Part shown: in pieces, positions 61,976 through 64,000 of the stretch | Numbering within the stretch: the stretch's first letter is position 1 | Layout: the number at the start of each line of letters is the position of its first letter | NCBI GenBank assembly: GCA_038245295.1 | Contig: JBBRSP010000013.1 | Location: 1-64,000 of the forward strand | Length of the DNA stretch: 64,000 bases | Direction of reading: 5' to 3' | DNA from: Candidatus Binatia bacterium | GTDB taxonomy: Bacteria; Desulfobacterota; Binatia; HRBIN30 | Made by a program: the position numbers and the translations under genes | Notes under the pieces: model-generated | The model's input: only the letters and a program-made list of their open reading frames with translations | The model's database searches: none | What the model was told of the DNA's origin: nothing

Positions 61976-62413
61976 ATGCTGCAGGTAAGCCGGAAAGTCG
62001 ACTATGCCCTCCGGGCCGCCATCTACCTGGCGGCGCAGGGCCAAGGACGTCTCGTGCCGGCAAACGAAATCGCCGAATCGCGTCGGATTCCCAAGAAGTT
62101 CCTGGAGAAGATCATCAAAGACATGCAGCGTGCCGGCCTGGTGACATCGTACCGCGGTGCTCAGGGGGGCTATACCCTGGCACGATCCAGTGACCGCATC
62201 AGCTTTCGCGACGTCATCGAGGCCGTCGAGGGTCCGATTGCCCTGAATGTCTGCGTCAATGAAGGACACGACTGCTCGGTAATGGCGAGCTGCAACATGC
62301 AGCGTGTCTGGCGCGAAGGGCAGCGCCGGATGCTCGAGTTTTTCGCCGGGACGACCCTGGCCGATATGAACCCAAGAATTTTCTTGAATACCTCGGTGGA
62401 GGCCGCCGTCTGA
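61976..62413 (+). CDS. Rrf2 family regulator (IscR-like, three Cys)
   Basis: DYALRA, FLEKI, RGAQGGY.L, C-X6-C-X5-C. Confidence 0.9.
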   Translation: MLQVSRKVDYALRAAIYLAAQGQGRLVPANEIAESRRIPKKFLEKIIKDMQRAGLVTSYRGAQGGYTLARSSDRISFRDVIEAVEGPIALNVCVNEGHDCSVMASCNMQRVWREGQRRMLEFFAGTTLADMNPRIFLNTSVEAAV

Positions 62414-62446
62414 CCTGGGACTTTCGCATCAAAGGAGCCCAGGGCA

Positions 62447-62893
62447 ATGGCCGACGTCGTCAACGATACCTTCACCCACCTACTGCAACCTGACACGATC
62501 CTGCCCGCACAGTACTTTGCCGGTTTGCATCGCAAGAGCACGTCGGAGCCCGAAAGGCGCTTGGTCATCGCTGTTCTTGACGATGCCATCGACTGCTTCC
62601 AGAAACATCTGTTCGCGACCAATCGTAAAGCCAAGGTGCTGTTCACTGATTCGGAGCAGTGGTTCGAATCGACCGACCGCAGCTGGCCCTATTCCTTCGA
62701 GAATGTTTGCGACGTTCTGCAATTGAACGCCGACTATATGCGTGCCGGCCTGGCGACCTGGAAGCAGCAACAGTTGCTCAAGCAGCGCGGGCCGGCCAAG
62801 ATCCTACCGCTCAGCGTGCGAGCTCGCGAACCGCACCCCGTCGCCGAGTCGGATACACTCGACATGCCCCTCCGTCGGGTCGCCTGTCGGTAG
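62447..62893 (+). CDS. Conserved hypothetical protein
   Basis: PERRLVIAVLDDAIDCFQ...W...WPYSFENVCDVL. AAGGAG RBS. Confidence 0.75.
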   Translation: MADVVNDTFTHLLQPDTILPAQYFAGLHRKSTSEPERRLVIAVLDDAIDCFQKHLFATNRKAKVLFTDSEQWFESTDRSWPYSFENVCDVLQLNADYMRAGLATWKQQQLLKQRGPAKILPLSVRAREPHPVAESDTLDMPLRRVACR

Positions 62894-62905
62894 GTTTTTC
62901 TCCGA

Positions 62906-62934
62906 GGTCGGTGGGTGCGGCGTACCCACCGACC
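62906..62934. terminator. Hairpin at the end of the isc transcript
   Basis: GGTCGGTGGGTGC...GTACCCACCGACC, 13-bp stem with one G-U pair. Confidence 0.6.
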
Positions 62935-62984
62935 GTTCAACGTCTGCTTCCTTCCTCCCCCCCAGCGCCCTTGCTAAGCAACAA

Positions 62985-63275
62985 ATGATGTTGCGTTGCT
63001 TCTGGCCTTCGGCGCGGGTCTTGTACTGGTCCCTTTGCGAGACGGTTCTGACGCTCTTCTTGCGCCGGCCTCCCTACGCGGTCCTTACCCTAAAGCTGGA
63101 AGGTAGTTTGCCAGAGCAGCCGGGGGCGCCTCGGATCCCGTTCTTCTGTGGCCACGCTGGGCGTCAGCTCGGTCGCCGCTCGCTTGGCTTGGAGACCATT
63201 CTTGCCCCGCGGGTCGAGATGGCGACGGCGACCCGCCTGTGGGCGGTCTTGCCGTGGCATCTCCGCTTCCGTTGA
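62985..63275 (+). pseudogene. Possible SppA (protease IV) remnant with both termini but no core
   Basis: VLTLKLEGSLPEQP resembles the SppA N-terminal strand and RLWAVLPWHLRFR resembles its C-terminus. Only 96 codons. Confidence 0.4.
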
Positions 63276-63285
63276 GCCTCCCTGT

Positions 63286-63564
63286 ATGCCTATCCAGAGC
63301 ATCGTCAACTGTCCTGAATGTGACGAGCCACTGTTGCGCAAGCCGGGTGGTCGGTGCCCGAATTGTCATGCCGATGTGCGCGATCACGTCCTTGCCGCGC
63401 GGCAGCGCGAGAAGCGCATCGAGCAGGTCGTCGCCGTGATCAGTACCATTCTCGTGGTAGGCGTTTCCCTGCTTGTCGGCGGTTGTTCGATCGCCGAAGG
63501 CGTCCTGGTCTATGCCATTGCCGGCGCGGTCATGTATGGATTGGCGAAGCGGACATTTTACTAG
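63286..63564 (+). CDS. Small zinc-ribbon membrane protein
   Basis: CPEC...CPNC followed by two TM helices. Confidence 0.7.
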   Translation: MPIQSIVNCPECDEPLLRKPGGRCPNCHADVRDHVLAARQREKRIEQVVAVISTILVVGVSLLVGGCSIAEGVLVYAIAGAVMYGLAKRTFY

Positions 63565-63594
63565 CGGGGCGTTGTGCTCCCCGACGGAGGAACC

Positions 63595-64000
63595 ATGATC
63601 AAGCAGGAGCAGATGGCGGCACGTCCGGAGGAGTTGGGTATCGACGCGGCCAGCCTCGAGAAGCTGCTGGCGCGGGCTCGGCGCGAAGTGGATGACGGGA
63701 CTCTGCCCGGCTGCCAGATCGCCATCGCGCGCCACGGCAAGGTTGCGGCCCTGCGCACCTTTGGGTTGGCGCGCCATGGCGGCGTCGATCAGCCTGCCAG
63801 CGACCAAACCCTCTATGGGATATTCTCCTGCACAAAAGCCTTCGTCGCCGCTGCCGTCTGGAAGCTGATCGAGGACGGCCAGCTACGCATCGAGGAGCGG
63901 GTTGCCGAAATCATCCCGGAGTTCGGCAGCAACGGAAAAGGTGGGCTCACGGTCGAGCAGGTCATGCTGCACATCGGAGGCTTTCCCTATGCTCCGTTCC
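63595..64000 (+). CDS. Serine hydrolase, beta-lactamase family (partial, runs off the window)
   Basis: GGAGG RBS. Manual translation gives MIKQEQ...PGCQIAIARHG...FSCTK (SxxK)...LHIGGFP. Confidence 0.88.
   Translation, partial: MIKQEQMAARPEELGIDAASLEKLLARARREVDDGTLPGCQIAIARHGKVAALRTFGLARHGGVDQPASDQTLYGIFSCTKAFVAAAVWKLIEDGQLRIEERVAEIIPEFGSNGKGGLTVEQVMLHIGGFPYAPF

Noticed and set aside
63355..63369. CPNCH as a heme-binding motif
   Set aside because: It is paired with an upstream CPEC in a domain with no signal peptide, so a zinc ribbon is the better explanation.

Overview
GC-rich bacterial chromosomal window. The gene content and the secreted C-x-G-D-C/EF-hand module suggest a deltaproteobacterial-type lineage such as Candidatus Binatia, which is an inference. 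Housekeeping blocks are tilS-ftsH-cdaA-cdaR-glmM-pdxJ, a large NAD-glutamate dehydrogenase, mltA, an alanine-glyoxylate aminotransferase next to glcDEF, uvrA, and an ISC operon (iscS-iscU-iscA-hscB-hscA-iscX-Rrf2) that lacks fdx. Most interesting accessory loci: (1) a minus-strand run of AbrB-like regulator, monoheme cytochrome c/beta-barrel fusion, ISC-type 2Fe-2S ferredoxin, ferredoxin reductase and ferritin-like diiron protein; (2) a tetraheme cytochrome, output-less HAMP membrane protein and beta-barrel operon; (3) two tandem paralogous secreted 6-Cys proteins; (4) a 188-bp MITE with IS1-like ends, an 8-bp target duplication and a REP doublet cargo upstream of iscS; (5) three apparent gene remnants that keep both ends but lost the middle (Uma2, amt with an intact sigma-54 promoter, sppA); (6) many different intergenic REP and short tandem-repeat families. 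I saw no rRNA, tRNA, CRISPR array or intact transposase. All family calls come from motif recognition by eye, not from database searches.
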